Assembly: GCA_016206155.1 (NCBI GenBank)
Contig: JACQSC010000004.1
Coordinates: 7,450 to 71,449 of the forward strand
Length of the DNA: 64,000 nucleotides
Origin: Candidatus Uhrbacteria bacterium
GTDB lineage: Bacteria > Patescibacteriota > Patescibacteriia > JACQRZ01
Direction of reading: 5' to 3'
Below are positions 27,657 through 37,580 of the stretch, one piece after another. A program made the position numbers and the translations under genes. Numbering within the stretch: the first letter of the stretch is position 1; the number at the start of each line of letters is the position of its first letter. Below the pieces are notes generated by a model. The model had not been told where the DNA came from. It saw nothing but the letters and a program-made list of their open reading frames with translations, and did not search any database.

Positions 27657-27768
27657 CAGACAGAAACCTGCAGACAAGAAAATGTACTATTCGCATATTC
27701 GAGCCAAAGGCCCAAATGACGGATACCACATCCCCATGCTTGTCGTGTCTGCAGAGTTCTGTCTGAAA
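27654..27768. repeat. 23-bp inverted repeat with 69-nt spacer
   Basis: TTTCAGACAGAAACCTGCAGACA / TGTCTGCAGAGTTCTGTCTGAAA, 21 of 23 complementary. Confidence 0.65.
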
Positions 27769-27989
27769 CTGTCTGTAAAGAACGCACATGTAACGTGTAG
27801 CCGACAGTCTACCACAGCCACGGATCTTGTCAAGAGTGGTAGGTGTCCCATTTTAGTGTTCACGTCAATTTTCCTTATGGTTAAAGAAAAATGCCTCTTT
27901 CTATTCATCAGTTCAATAAGCAAGTGCACCACTTAGGGGTTCGATGTTTCCGCGGTACACTCCGTGGATATGGCATACACACACCATTC

Positions 27990-28150
27990 CCAAGACGAGC
28001 GCGAGAACGCTCAATCGCGTCAGCGCTTCCGGAACCCATCGCTCCGTATAACGCACCGAAGGAAAAACCAAAAATTCAAGTGTTTGAAGGTGAGGATGGA
28101 ATGAAGCTCTTGTACAAGGAGCTCTGTGAATCACTGAACAATATTGAAAG
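27990..28150 (+). pseudogene. TrmB-family regulator internal remnant
   Basis: LPE...YNAPKEKPKIQVFEGEDGMK.LY resembles the CPR TrmB linker; no HTH or complete C domain; bounds approximate. Confidence 0.45.
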
Positions 28151-28169
28151 TGAAGAAATCATCAAAACA

Positions 28170-28336
28170 TACCACGCGCTTTTTGGCAATACGGAAATTG
28201 TTGCACCCGAATCAATAATAAAACGGAGAATAATAGGTTCGCCCTCTTTTGTGATCATGGTGACTTTAACCGCCGGGAATAGTGAAGCGTGTCCGGAATC
28301 AAAGAACGATATTCCGTAGGGGAAAACGATTGGCAT
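28170..28336 (-). pseudogene. retropepsin-like aspartic protease, truncated
   Basis: FIIDSGATISVLP active-site motif, then the sequence switches to the antisense of the TrmB remnant; 3' bound approximate. Confidence 0.6.
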
Positions 28337-28532
28337 AGTATAGTACCGACAACGAACGTGGAACGATAAGAAATTCAACGTCGTGCAATGATCGCTCGGG
28401 GCGCGTTTGCCTCACCTTGAATATTACCTCCTCAAGGTTTTCTCCCTGAGCGACGACTTCGCCGTCTAGAAGAGCGACCTGTTTGCCACCGTATTTTTCA
28501 ATATCGATTGCGGGAATAGATGCCTTGGTCAT
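28299..28532 (-). CDS. DUF5678-like small protein
   Basis: KYGGKQVALLDGEVVAQG.NLEEV; overlaps the aspartic protease start. Confidence 0.7.
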   Translation of the reverse strand: MTKASIPAIDIEKYGGKQVALLDGEVVAQGENLEEVIFKVRQTRPERSLHDVEFLIVPRSLSVLYYANRFPLRNIVL

Positions 28533-28573
28533 AGTTCCTAAAGTATACGGCATCATCAAGGCAATGTTAAAAA

Positions 28574-29557
28574 TCACTTCGCAATGTGCGCGGGGGTTTT
28601 GCCGGAAAGGACGTCGAGGATGTTTTGTGCTGCGAGTCGCGCCATCGCATCACGACTGCGGCGGGTTGCCGATGCGATGTGCGGCGTCATGATCACTGAA
28701 TCAAGCTTTTTGAGTTCATACTGATCGGTCGGATCACAGTCAATCTCCGGCTCGCACTCAAAAACATCAAGTGCGTACCCACCGAGTTTTTTTGCGTAGA
28801 GCGCTTTCAGCACAGCCTTCTCATCAACAATCGGCCCGCGAGCGGTGTTGATAAGAAGCGCTGTTTTTTTCATCAGACGAAGGGCCTTTGTTGAAATTAA
28901 GTGGCGGGTTGAAGGAAGAAGTGGTACATGAAGGCTGACAATATCGGATTGCTTCAAGAGCTTTTCTTGCGTCGCGTATTTCACGCCGGACTCACTCTCA
29001 AACGCGAGATCACGGTGAAGATCATAATAGAGCACAGTCGCACCAAACCCAAGGCGCGCGCGCTTAACGACTTCTTTGCCAATACGGCCCATACCAAGAA
29101 GACCGACTGTCTTGTCGTAGAAATCCTGCCCGATAAGAAGGTCGGGGTCCCACCCCATATATTTTCCTGCGCGCGCAAAGCGGTCGGCTTCAACAATACG
29201 GCGCGAAAGCGCAAGCATCAGGGTAAAGGTATGTTCGGCAACCGAGATACTTATTTCTTCCGACGGCGTATTGGTCACGGCGATCTTCTTTTTTTTTGCC
29301 CCTTCAAGGTCAATATTATCAAAGCCAACGGCATAGTTTGAAAGCACCTTCAATTGCGGCCCTGCCGCATCCATAACATCGGCGTCTATTTTATTCGTAA
29401 GGAGACAAAGAATCGCATCATACTTCTTGTCTTTCACTTTTGCAATCATCTCCTTTTTAGAAAGATTCCTGCGCTCCTGCTGAAGCGTCACCGTATGCTT
29501 TTTTTTCAGCATATCAATGCCAATTTTTGGGATGGGACGGGTGATGAAAATTTTCAT
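28574..29557 (-). CDS. D-isomer-specific 2-hydroxyacid dehydrogenase (glyoxylate reductase/D-glycerate dehydrogenase type)
   Basis: AVGFDNID, GMGRIG, INTARG, LDVFE.EP, TPHIASAT. Confidence 0.92.
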   Translation of the reverse strand: MKIFITRPIPKIGIDMLKKKHTVTLQQERRNLSKKEMIAKVKDKKYDAILCLLTNKIDADVMDAAGPQLKVLSNYAVGFDNIDLEGAKKKKIAVTNTPSEEISISVAEHTFTLMLALSRRIVEADRFARAGKYMGWDPDLLIGQDFYDKTVGLLGMGRIGKEVVKRARLGFGATVLYYDLHRDLAFESESGVKYATQEKLLKQSDIVSLHVPLLPSTRHLISTKALRLMKKTALLINTARGPIVDEKAVLKALYAKKLGGYALDVFECEPEIDCDPTDQYELKKLDSVIMTPHIASATRRSRDAMARLAAQNILDVLSGKTPAHIAK

Positions 29558-29576
29558 ATAGGTACATTTTTTATGA

Positions 29577-29604
29577 CTGGATCCCGGCCTTCGCCGGGAT
29601 GACA
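29577..29604 (-). repeat. REP/dRS3-like 28-nt hairpin, copy 2
   Basis: Identical to 22088-22115. Confidence 0.9.
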
Positions 29605-29608
29605 TTCA

Positions 29609-30529
29609 CTATTGATTCCTAAAAAGTTTAATTTTTTGCAACGCTACTTCTTTCACGAGATCATACGCTTCGGCGAGAATTTTTCGCTCGTCGGTATAGC
29701 GGGTATGCTCAAGAAGTGCACGGCGCATACCGGCAACAAACGCAAGGCGCAGGTCGGTGCCGACATTGACCTTATTGATGCCAAGACGAATGGCCTTTCG
29801 CACCGCAGCATCGGATACACCGCGTGCACCGTCGGTTCGAACGCAGTCGTGCACAATGTCGCATTGATTGTGCGCGATACGCAGGAGCTTTGACGGGATC
29901 CCGCTTGCGCCATGGAGCACCAGGGGCATGCGCGTTCGCTCTTTTATCTCCGCCAACCGTTTGAAATCAAGACGAACTCCGTCTTTTGCCTTGAAGGGGC
30001 CATGCGCCGTTCCAATGGATATCGCAAGCGAATCAATGCCGGTGCGCTTCACAAAATCAACGGCTTTGTCCGGGTCGGTAAAATGTACACTCCCTTCTTT
30101 GGTCAAATCTTCGTCTACTCCTAATGCCCCTAACTCTGCTTCAACAGAAATACCGCGTTTCTTTGCCCACCCGACAATCATTTTTGTTTTTTTAACATTC
30201 TCTTCGTACGGCAAATCAGAACCATCAAACATCACAGAGGTCCATCCCCCGTCAATACACCGCTTAATAAGATCAAGGTCCTTCCCATGATCCAGATGGA
30301 GTGCTAATGGCGCCTTTCCTTCCGCGGCAAGATATATCAGTGCGCGGAGATTGCGAAACCCCGCATACTCAAGCGAGCTTTCGCTCGTTGCGATAATAAT
30401 TGGCGAGCGTGTACTTTCCGCCGCGGACACCACTGCCTGCAGCATCTCAAGATTGTCGACATTAAACGCAGGCACCGCATAGTGCCCGCGATGAGCTTTT
30501 TGCAAAAGTTCTTTTGACGTTACAAGCAT
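29609..30529 (-). CDS. fba: class II fructose-bisphosphate aldolase
   Basis: AVPAFN, LHLDHG, SVMFDGS, VEAELG, IGTAHG, LVLHGASG, KVNVGT. Confidence 0.94.
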   Translation of the reverse strand: MLVTSKELLQKAHRGHYAVPAFNVDNLEMLQAVVSAAESTRSPIIIATSESSLEYAGFRNLRALIYLAAEGKAPLALHLDHGKDLDLIKRCIDGGWTSVMFDGSDLPYEENVKKTKMIVGWAKKRGISVEAELGALGVDEDLTKEGSVHFTDPDKAVDFVKRTGIDSLAISIGTAHGPFKAKDGVRLDFKRLAEIKERTRMPLVLHGASGIPSKLLRIAHNQCDIVHDCVRTDGARGVSDAAVRKAIRLGINKVNVGTDLRLAFVAGMRRALLEHTRYTDERKILAEAYDLVKEVALQKIKLFRNQ

Positions 30530-30530
30530 A

Positions 30531-31523
30531 TTAAATCTTTCGCGACTTTTTCCCACACGTTTTGCATCGCTTCATCATCTGCTCTTTTGTCAGGAGTCCT
30601 GCCTGAGGACCGATCTTTTCAATGACTGAGGCGGCATTTGCCGCACCCCACATCAATGCCTCGGAAAGCGGCAAATTATATGCAAGCGCGCTAATAAGGC
30701 CGGTGGAAAACGCATCACCCGCACCAGTGCGCTCAACAACCTTGGCGGGCACGGGAGGCATGCGATATGAATTGCGTCCATCAAAGCCAAAAGCGCCTTT
30801 GTTTCCGTCTGTCACAACCACCAATTCCGGCCCAAGACTCCTGAGGTCTCGCATGATTTCCTGAATTGGCGTCATGGGATGGGCGCCAACAAGCGAGATC
30901 GCCTCCTCTTTGTTTAAGATCAACACATTCGTAATGCGCAATATGGGCTCTAGAACTTTCTTTCCGGCGAGCAGTTGATGGGTGCCCGGGTTGAACGCAA
31001 GCTTCGTTCCGTTGCTATTTAGATACTTCACAAGGGCCTTGAACACTTTTTCAAAGCCCTTCCCCATAGAGGTGAAGTAAATCCACTTCGCTACTTGCAG
31101 CGCCGGAAGTTTATACGGCCGAAGATCGTGATAGACAAGAATTGTTCTCTCTGTTTTGTAGCTTAAAACGGTTGAGTAATTGGTCGGATTGTTTTTTTCA
31201 ACCTGGAGATAATCGTGTGCGACACCCTCTTCCTTAATACGATCCATAATCCTGCGCCCGGAATCGTCGTCGCCAAGGACGGTATACAGTGCGGTTTTCA
31301 GTCCCAATCGAGCTGAGCCGACTGCGTTGTTGCATGCATTGCCGCCGAGTGAAAAATGAAGCTCTTGCACGGGAATTTTTTCTGCATAGTTCAAACAAAA
31401 CCAACACGTTGTCTTATCAAGACTGCACAGCAGTGATGCGCGATCAATCATAAGGAATGCATCAAGGGATGTGTCGCCAATTGAAATGATGTCAAAGGCG
31501 GGAGTGGCGTGTTTCTTTGTCAT
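30531..31523 (-). CDS. PfkB family carbohydrate kinase
   Basis: GGNACN.AVG.ARLG, N.EEA, VVERTGAGDAF. Confidence 0.92.
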   Translation of the reverse strand: MTKKHATPAFDIISIGDTSLDAFLMIDRASLLCSLDKTTCWFCLNYAEKIPVQELHFSLGGNACNNAVGSARLGLKTALYTVLGDDDSGRRIMDRIKEEGVAHDYLQVEKNNPTNYSTVLSYKTERTILVYHDLRPYKLPALQVAKWIYFTSMGKGFEKVFKALVKYLNSNGTKLAFNPGTHQLLAGKKVLEPILRITNVLILNKEEAISLVGAHPMTPIQEIMRDLRSLGPELVVVTDGNKGAFGFDGRNSYRMPPVPAKVVERTGAGDAFSTGLISALAYNLPLSEALMWGAANAASVIEKIGPQAGLLTKEQMMKRCKTCGKKSRKI

Positions 31524-31532
31524 ACAATGAGA

Positions 31533-31865
31533 CTATGTATCGTTATTCTTTTTTAGAAGCGCGATCTCGCGCACAAGCGTTGTAATCTCTCCGTCAATTT
31601 TCTCAAGTTTTGCAACCATGCGGAAGAGAAGATAGAAAATTACGACGATTGAGAGGTAGAACACCGCATCAGCCCCGCGCGTCACTTGCAGGAATGCCGC
31701 CAAGTAATCCGTCAAGTTCGGTTGCCAAATAAGGAAGATGACAGCGATCCAAAACAGCGACCACACTAAAATGGTTTTACCGTGCACTTCCTTCTTCTGA
31801 AACTTTGAAAGGGCCTTCCCGATGACGAGGACGCTAAAGAGCGTGACGAGAATCTGAATGGTCAT
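31533..31865 (-). CDS. DUF2304 family membrane protein
   Basis: Three TM segments, RG.D...Y, IT.LVREIAL; coupled to GT2 gene. Confidence 0.8.
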   Translation of the reverse strand: MTIQILVTLFSVLVIGKALSKFQKKEVHGKTILVWSLFWIAVIFLIWQPNLTDYLAAFLQVTRGADAVFYLSIVVIFYLLFRMVAKLEKIDGEITTLVREIALLKKNNDT

Positions 31866-32536
31866 GTGAGCAATTTTTTCCAAATCATTTTTAAGCCGAT
31901 TGCGATGGCATTTACAGATCGTTGCCCCTTTTGCCGCGAGTAATCGGTATAGGTAATTGTAACAGGAACTTCAACGTATCGCAATTTCAAACGGCGGATT
32001 TCATCAATCAATTCTGATGCGTAGGCAAATCGATCTTCCGTGAGTACGATTCGCTCCGTAGCGACGCGAGAAAACGCCCGCATGCCATTATGCGCATCGG
32101 TCAGGCGGATACCGCTCATCCACCAGGTAAAAAATGTTCCAAGCTTGAGGAGTACTTTGCGCGTATTTGAAATATTGGTAATTGAATCTTGAAGAAAGCG
32201 GGATCCGAGCACCACATCGGCCTCTCCGCGCTCAATCGGCGCAATGAGCGCGGGTATATCTTTCGCGTGATGTTGTCCGTCAGCGTCAAAGTGAACAATG
32301 ACATCACCGCCGTGCGCGAGCGCATACTCGGTGCCAGTTCGTATAGCGGCGCCCTTGCCGCGGTTAATAATGTGCCGAAGAACGACCGCGCCATGAGCGC
32401 GTGCGATCTCACCGGTATGATCACGCGAACAATCGTCTACAACGACGATAGTGGAGGTTACCGTTTTTACATCATTAATCACAGCGCCAATTGTCTGCTC
32501 CTCATTATATGCTGCAATAAATACCCAGATATTCAT
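31862..32536 (-). CDS. GT2 glycosyltransferase (polyprenol-phosphate sugar synthase-like)
   Basis: AYNEE, VVDDCSRD, NRGKGAA, FDADGQH, GSRF. Confidence 0.9.
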   Translation of the reverse strand: MNIWVFIAAYNEEQTIGAVINDVKTVTSTIVVVDDCSRDHTGEIARAHGAVVLRHIINRGKGAAIRTGTEYALAHGGDVIVHFDADGQHHAKDIPALIAPIERGEADVVLGSRFLQDSITNISNTRKVLLKLGTFFTWWMSGIRLTDAHNGMRAFSRVATERIVLTEDRFAYASELIDEIRRLKLRYVEVPVTITYTDYSRQKGQRSVNAIAIGLKMIWKKLLT

Positions 32537-32656
32537 CCCGTTAGAAGTAGATCGCTTTTATGGCTTAACCCCCTCCCTCCCCTCTTATCCCGCCGAAGTG
32601 ATCGCAACTTCTAACGGGATTCATAGTACCACAAGCATATCACCTATTTCCAAAAC

Positions 32657-32682
32657 AAAAAAGAGGCCCTGGCCTCTTTTTT
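32657..32682 (-). terminator. terminator after tRNA-Gly
   Basis: AAAAAAGAGGCC-CT-GGCCTCTTTTTT. Confidence 0.7.
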
Positions 32683-32692
32683 TAAAATCATC

Positions 32693-32766
32693 TGGAGCGG
32701 GTAAGGGGAGTCGGACCCCTCGCTTCTCGTTGGCAACGAGATATATTACCGCTATACGATACCCGC
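32693..32766 (-). tRNA. tRNA-Gly(GCC)
   Basis: GCGGGTA/TACCCGC acceptor stem, TCCA end, anticodon loop TT-GCC-AA; T-loop reads TCCGACT. Confidence 0.92.
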
Positions 32767-32785
32767 AGAAAGTATCACTATGCTA

Positions 32786-35350
32786 TCATTTCTTTTTTCT
32801 GCGGTCAAGATAAAATTGTGCGCCAAGGCCGGCGGCGATGATGAGTGTAGCAATGAACGTAACGATAAAGTACTTTAAAAGATTGGCTCGAGGGTCTTTC
32901 CGCTCTGGCAAAGTGAGTACGCGCGACTCTGATACTTTCTCGCCAAGAATCGCGCCTTCCGGTGTCGCGATGGCGATGTCGTTTTCGTCGCGGGGGAGAA
33001 TGCGGTATCCGGCGCTTGTTTCACTCACAATACCGGTAACGGCCATGACTGATTCTTTTGGCATGCTCTCCTTCGCGATACCGGTGTTCTTTGTTACATA
33101 CACCCGAACGCGCGCGTCACCCTCTTCAAGATACACATTGGGCCAGCGCGTATCGGCAACAGTGCCAGTTACACGCACAAGCTCTCCTTCAAGCGCTTCC
33201 CCTATTTCACCCAACGAGGTCTCAAGCGCGAGCGGATCCTCTTCGCGCCCGATAATGGCAATATTATTCGCCTGCTCAATGCGTATCGCTGTTTCTTTTC
33301 CGTTTTTGCGCACGGCGCCTGATATCGCGATTTTATCGCCGCGTGCAAGCGGCGGAAATTCTTTCCTCAGATTCCATATTTGAATGCCGGAACCGGCAAT
33401 GTAAAAATAATTTTCACTCACGATACCGGGTGGCATGGATACAACACCTTCAACAACAACACGCGTTCCTGACTTGAGGGAACGGACGCGACCAAGCGAT
33501 GTGCTGATTGATTTGGTCTGGATGGGGGGTGTGGTCACGGATGAGGGTGGCTGAACTACGGAGTGACGAGCGGGCGATGAGGAATTGGCGTGAGCAGAGA
33601 ATGACGGTGGCGTAACCGTTGCCGCAGAAATACGATCCTCAATAACGATATGATGAAACTGCGCCATGCTCACGTGTCCGTCGCTCACGGTGAGCAGGAT
33701 AGGAAACGCATCTTCATCGTCAAAACGATGATGAACAACCGGACCTGCGCCAGTTGTTCCATCGCCAAAATTCCAGTGAAAAATAAGCGGATCGCCATCA
33801 CGATCATACGTGTCTGATGCGTCGAAAGTCAGCGGATCACCGGGAGACGCACTATACGGTCCAGCAATCACAATGGTTGGCGGCGTGTTGTCCCGCTTAA
33901 TCACATTAGTATCATTCGGCGTGCTTGTCTGTGTCCATTCAAACATGCCCGTCGCGTTCCGCGCGTAACTCAAATCAAGCGGCGCGTTCTCGGTATATCG
34001 CACCTCATCTGTTGCGCGAAGAGCATTGGGGGCAAAGAGCCGTACGCGCTCACCGCCGGTATTGCGGAGCGGAAGGCCGGTCATACTTCGCGGGTAGGCG
34101 CGATACTCCTGTGGTTTCAATGGCTTTCCATCTGAAAATACATACCGTATATCGTTCAGAAGAGTCAGTTCCCATCCGGTCAGATTTACCGGCACATCGT
34201 TGGGATTATACAGTTCGATAAATTCGTCCTCCGGCGAACGTGAAGACGGATTGGGAACGAGTTCGGAGATAACGAGTGGCGGCGCTTCCGGCACGCGCGC
34301 CGTTTCCCTCTCGACGATGGTGTTTGCCGCGCCCTTTGTAGGCGCCCCGGTCATACGAAAATCATCACGGTTGTTTAAGGTGTTTCCGATACGCGCAAGC
34401 GAGAAAGGATCAACTGCCGCAACTGCGTTGTCGCGCAGATCCCCGTCATCCCAATTTCCGTAGGTGAGCCGGTCAATCATCACGCGCTCTGCGCTATACA
34501 ATATAATCATATCGCCGGCATTGTCGAGAAATCCGGATCCAACGGAAAAAACCGCGTACTGTTTTCCGCTTTTTACATCAAGTTTCCCCGACAACGTGAC
34601 CACACCGCCGCTTCCATCTTCAAGCGTCCATCCCACGAAATCGATTATTTGCCGTGTCGTGTTGTACAGTTCCACCCACTCTTCCTCGCGATCAATAGGA
34701 TCGGAAACGATCTCGTTGATGAGTACGGCTCCGCGCCCGGGACGCCACACCGCGGGAGGCGCCTGTTCATTTTTTTTCTCCGATTCCTTCGCTTGTTGTT
34801 CCGATTCTTTTTTTTGTTCTTGTCCGCCAGTGGTGGCATTGCTGTTCTGCGCGCCGATGGTATGGCTGTCAGGATGGCTCTGCCAATTTGCCGCCGTATA
34901 ATCGGCGGTGTTCACGTTTTTTCGTTCGAGCGATGTTTTTTTTGCTTCAATGTACGTAAACAATTCAACGATGTCGCCACTTGCGTTTTTAAGCCCAACC
35001 TCCTCTCCTTTTTCCGCAAGAGTACCCCATGAACTGTCAATGAGCGTGCCGGTTAAGCTCGGATGTTTTACTTCAACGTTATCCGCCTTATTCGCAATCA
35101 CCGCGTACTCTCTCGGCTCGATAATAAAATCGCCGCGATACGCGGTGAGCTTGTGATTGACACCAGCCTCATAAAACTTCCATCCCGTGATGTCAACTGG
35201 TTCGTTTCCTCTGTTGTAAATTTCAATCCACTCATAATCACTCGATTCGTGCGCGGCAATCTCATTGATAACAATATCCTGGTCGACGGCAAAAAGCGGC
35301 GACGGTGCGAAGAATATAAAAAATATCACGATGAAAAATCGAGAGGCCAT
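32786..35350 (-). CDS. surface protein with three lamin-tail domains, PKD domain, two OB folds and C-terminal TM anchor
   Basis: VINEI..EWIEIYN x3, YDRDGD..WNFGDG PKD motif, OB-like repeats, terminal hydrophobic helix plus RRKKK. Confidence 0.82.
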   Translation of the reverse strand: MASRFFIVIFFIFFAPSPLFAVDQDIVINEIAAHESSDYEWIEIYNRGNEPVDITGWKFYEAGVNHKLTAYRGDFIIEPREYAVIANKADNVEVKHPSLTGTLIDSSWGTLAEKGEEVGLKNASGDIVELFTYIEAKKTSLERKNVNTADYTAANWQSHPDSHTIGAQNSNATTGGQEQKKESEQQAKESEKKNEQAPPAVWRPGRGAVLINEIVSDPIDREEEWVELYNTTRQIIDFVGWTLEDGSGGVVTLSGKLDVKSGKQYAVFSVGSGFLDNAGDMIILYSAERVMIDRLTYGNWDDGDLRDNAVAAVDPFSLARIGNTLNNRDDFRMTGAPTKGAANTIVERETARVPEAPPLVISELVPNPSSRSPEDEFIELYNPNDVPVNLTGWELTLLNDIRYVFSDGKPLKPQEYRAYPRSMTGLPLRNTGGERVRLFAPNALRATDEVRYTENAPLDLSYARNATGMFEWTQTSTPNDTNVIKRDNTPPTIVIAGPYSASPGDPLTFDASDTYDRDGDPLIFHWNFGDGTTGAGPVVHHRFDDEDAFPILLTVSDGHVSMAQFHHIVIEDRISAATVTPPSFSAHANSSSPARHSVVQPPSSVTTPPIQTKSISTSLGRVRSLKSGTRVVVEGVVSMPPGIVSENYFYIAGSGIQIWNLRKEFPPLARGDKIAISGAVRKNGKETAIRIEQANNIAIIGREEDPLALETSLGEIGEALEGELVRVTGTVADTRWPNVYLEEGDARVRVYVTKNTGIAKESMPKESVMAVTGIVSETSAGYRILPRDENDIAIATPEGAILGEKVSESRVLTLPERKDPRANLLKYFIVTFIATLIIAAGLGAQFYLDRRKKK

Positions 35351-35435
35351 ATCCACCAAGTATACCAAATTTTTAGACGGTAGTGCGCCTCCACTCTTGA
35401 CCAGTGAATGCCTTGCGTGATTTAATAAAAGCACT

Positions 35436-36794
35436 ATGGCATCAATAGGATTTTATGGTGGCGCAGGAGGGGTCACCGGCGCAAACTATCTTCTCGACAC
35501 CGGATCGTGCCGCATCATGGTTGATTGTGGCCTGTTCCAGGGATGGCGGTTTGCCGAGGAAGAAAATCACAAACCGTTTCCTTATGATCCGGCATCTATT
35601 GACGCTGTCTGCGTAACGCACGCGCACGCCGACCACATTGGACGTCTTCCCAAGTTAGTGCGGGAAGGATTTCGAGGAACCATCTACGCAACCGAACCAA
35701 CTGCCGCACTTATGCGGGTCATGCTTGAGGATGCGGTCAAGATCATTCAACACGAATGCGAATGGCATAGTGATACGCCGCTGTATGAAAAAACCGATCT
35801 TGAGAAGACCCTCTCATTGATCAAACCTGTGCGCTACGATGAAAAAATCACGCTTCCGAATTGCGAACTCACCCTTCATGACACCGCGCACATTCTTGGA
35901 TCGGCGATGGTTGAAATGCATGTAAACGAAAAGATTATCGTTTTCACCGGCGATATTGGCAATACTCCTTCCCCGCTTTTGAAAACATTGTATCCACTCA
36001 CGTATTGCGACTACCTTGTGATGGAGTCGGTGTATGGGGATCGATTCCATGAGCCGGCGCAAGAGCGCGTGCTCAAGCTTGAGCGCACTATTGAGGACAC
36101 GGTCACGCGCAAAGGAACGTTGATTATTCCGGCATTTGCGCTGGAGCGCACGCAAGAACTTCTTGCCCAACTCGATGAACTCGTCGAGCACAATCGCATT
36201 CCGCGCGTGCCTGTCTATCTGGACAGTCCCCTCGCGATAGGAGCCACAGAAATTTATCGGCAGTACGCGCACTACTTTAACGACTCAATTCAACAAGAAC
36301 GCAAACACGGCCACGATGGCGATATCTTTCATTTCCCCGGATTGGTCATGACACAATCACGAGAGGAATCCCAAAGAATCAACGCCATACCCTCGCCAAA
36401 AATCATAATGGCGGGAAATCCGCACGGCTATGGCAGCCGCATTATGCACCATTTTGTACGCACGCTCCCCGACCCTGACAGTACCGTACTCTTTGTCGGG
36501 TACGCGCGCGTCAGCAGTTTGGGCCGTAAGCTTATTGACGGCGCAAAAGAGGTCAAACTTTTTAAACAAGTTGTTTCGGTACGATGCCATATTGAGCACA
36601 TCTCAGGATATTCCGCGCACGCCGACCAGGCTCAGCTCACCGCCTTTGTTTCCCGCATCAACAAACCCATCAAGCAAGTTTTTGTGGCTATGGGCGACCC
36701 CGAAGCGGCAAAAACACTTGCGACGATTTTGCAGGATACCGTTGGTGTGCATGCGACTGTACCCAATCTCGGCGATGTGGTAGAATTAGAGTAG
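35436..36794 (+). CDS. metallo-beta-lactamase/beta-CASP ribonuclease
   Basis: DCGLFQG, THAHADHIG, HILGS, ESVYG, SAHAD. Confidence 0.9.
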   Translation: MASIGFYGGAGGVTGANYLLDTGSCRIMVDCGLFQGWRFAEEENHKPFPYDPASIDAVCVTHAHADHIGRLPKLVREGFRGTIYATEPTAALMRVMLEDAVKIIQHECEWHSDTPLYEKTDLEKTLSLIKPVRYDEKITLPNCELTLHDTAHILGSAMVEMHVNEKIIVFTGDIGNTPSPLLKTLYPLTYCDYLVMESVYGDRFHEPAQERVLKLERTIEDTVTRKGTLIIPAFALERTQELLAQLDELVEHNRIPRVPVYLDSPLAIGATEIYRQYAHYFNDSIQQERKHGHDGDIFHFPGLVMTQSREESQRINAIPSPKIIMAGNPHGYGSRIMHHFVRTLPDPDSTVLFVGYARVSSLGRKLIDGAKEVKLFKQVVSVRCHIEHISGYSAHADQAQLTAFVSRINKPIKQVFVAMGDPEAAKTLATILQDTVGVHATVPNLGDVVELE

Positions 36795-36800
36795 CAAGCT

Positions 36801-37439
36801 ATGGCAACAAACAACAAACAGCTTCTTGAACAATCATACCTGAAATACAAAATCTGTGTCTCCGGTTCTGCCGACACTTTCCATTGCCTTCCTGGGGCAT
36901 TGGAAAAAGCAAAAGAATTGGGTCGACAAATCGTCCTTCATAACGGCGTGCTCGTCACCGGCGCAACAACGGGCATCCCCTATTGGGCGGCGATCGGCGC
37001 GAAAGAAGCGGGCGGCATTAGTATTGGTATCTCGCCGGCCGCATCGGAATTGGAGCATGTAAAAAAATATCGTCTTCCTGTCGATTACTTTGATCTTATC
37101 ATGTACACCGGCTTTGAATATTCGGGCCGCAACCTGCTTCTCGTTCGCACGACCGATGCCGTAATTGAAGTGTGCGGACGCATCGGAACGCTCAATGAAT
37201 TCACCATCGCATTTGAAGACAAGAAGCCTGTCGGCGTTCTCGAGGATACCGGCGGGACAACGGCGATGATTCGTGACATCTTAGAAACTGCGCATCGCGG
37301 TGAGGGAAAAATCGCCTACAGCCCAGATCCAAAAGAGTTGATCGACAAAGTCATCGCACTGATTGACAAGGAAAAGGTTGTTCCGATTCCAAAATATGAA
37401 TACGCGAAAGGACGGCCTAATGGAAAGCGCCGCGGATAG
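36801..37439 (+). CDS. SLOG/LOG superfamily protein
   Basis: VTGATTGIP, GISPA, GRN, GRIGTLNEF. Confidence 0.8.
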   Translation: MATNNKQLLEQSYLKYKICVSGSADTFHCLPGALEKAKELGRQIVLHNGVLVTGATTGIPYWAAIGAKEAGGISIGISPAASELEHVKKYRLPVDYFDLIMYTGFEYSGRNLLLVRTTDAVIEVCGRIGTLNEFTIAFEDKKPVGVLEDTGGTTAMIRDILETAHRGEGKIAYSPDPKELIDKVIALIDKEKVVPIPKYEYAKGRPNGKRRG

Positions 37440-37580
37440 ATATGCCCCGCACTTAAGAACGATTGTTGCCCATTATTCATCCGTACGTTTATGATGCACA
37501 CCACCATTATTATTGATCAAACGATTTTCTCAGTGTACATACGACGAAACACGGGGATGAATCGTTCTTAAGTGCGGGGT

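Noticed and set aside
27930-27960. GGGGTTCGATG as a tRNA T-arm remnant
   Set aside because: No complementary stem or acceptor sequence around it.
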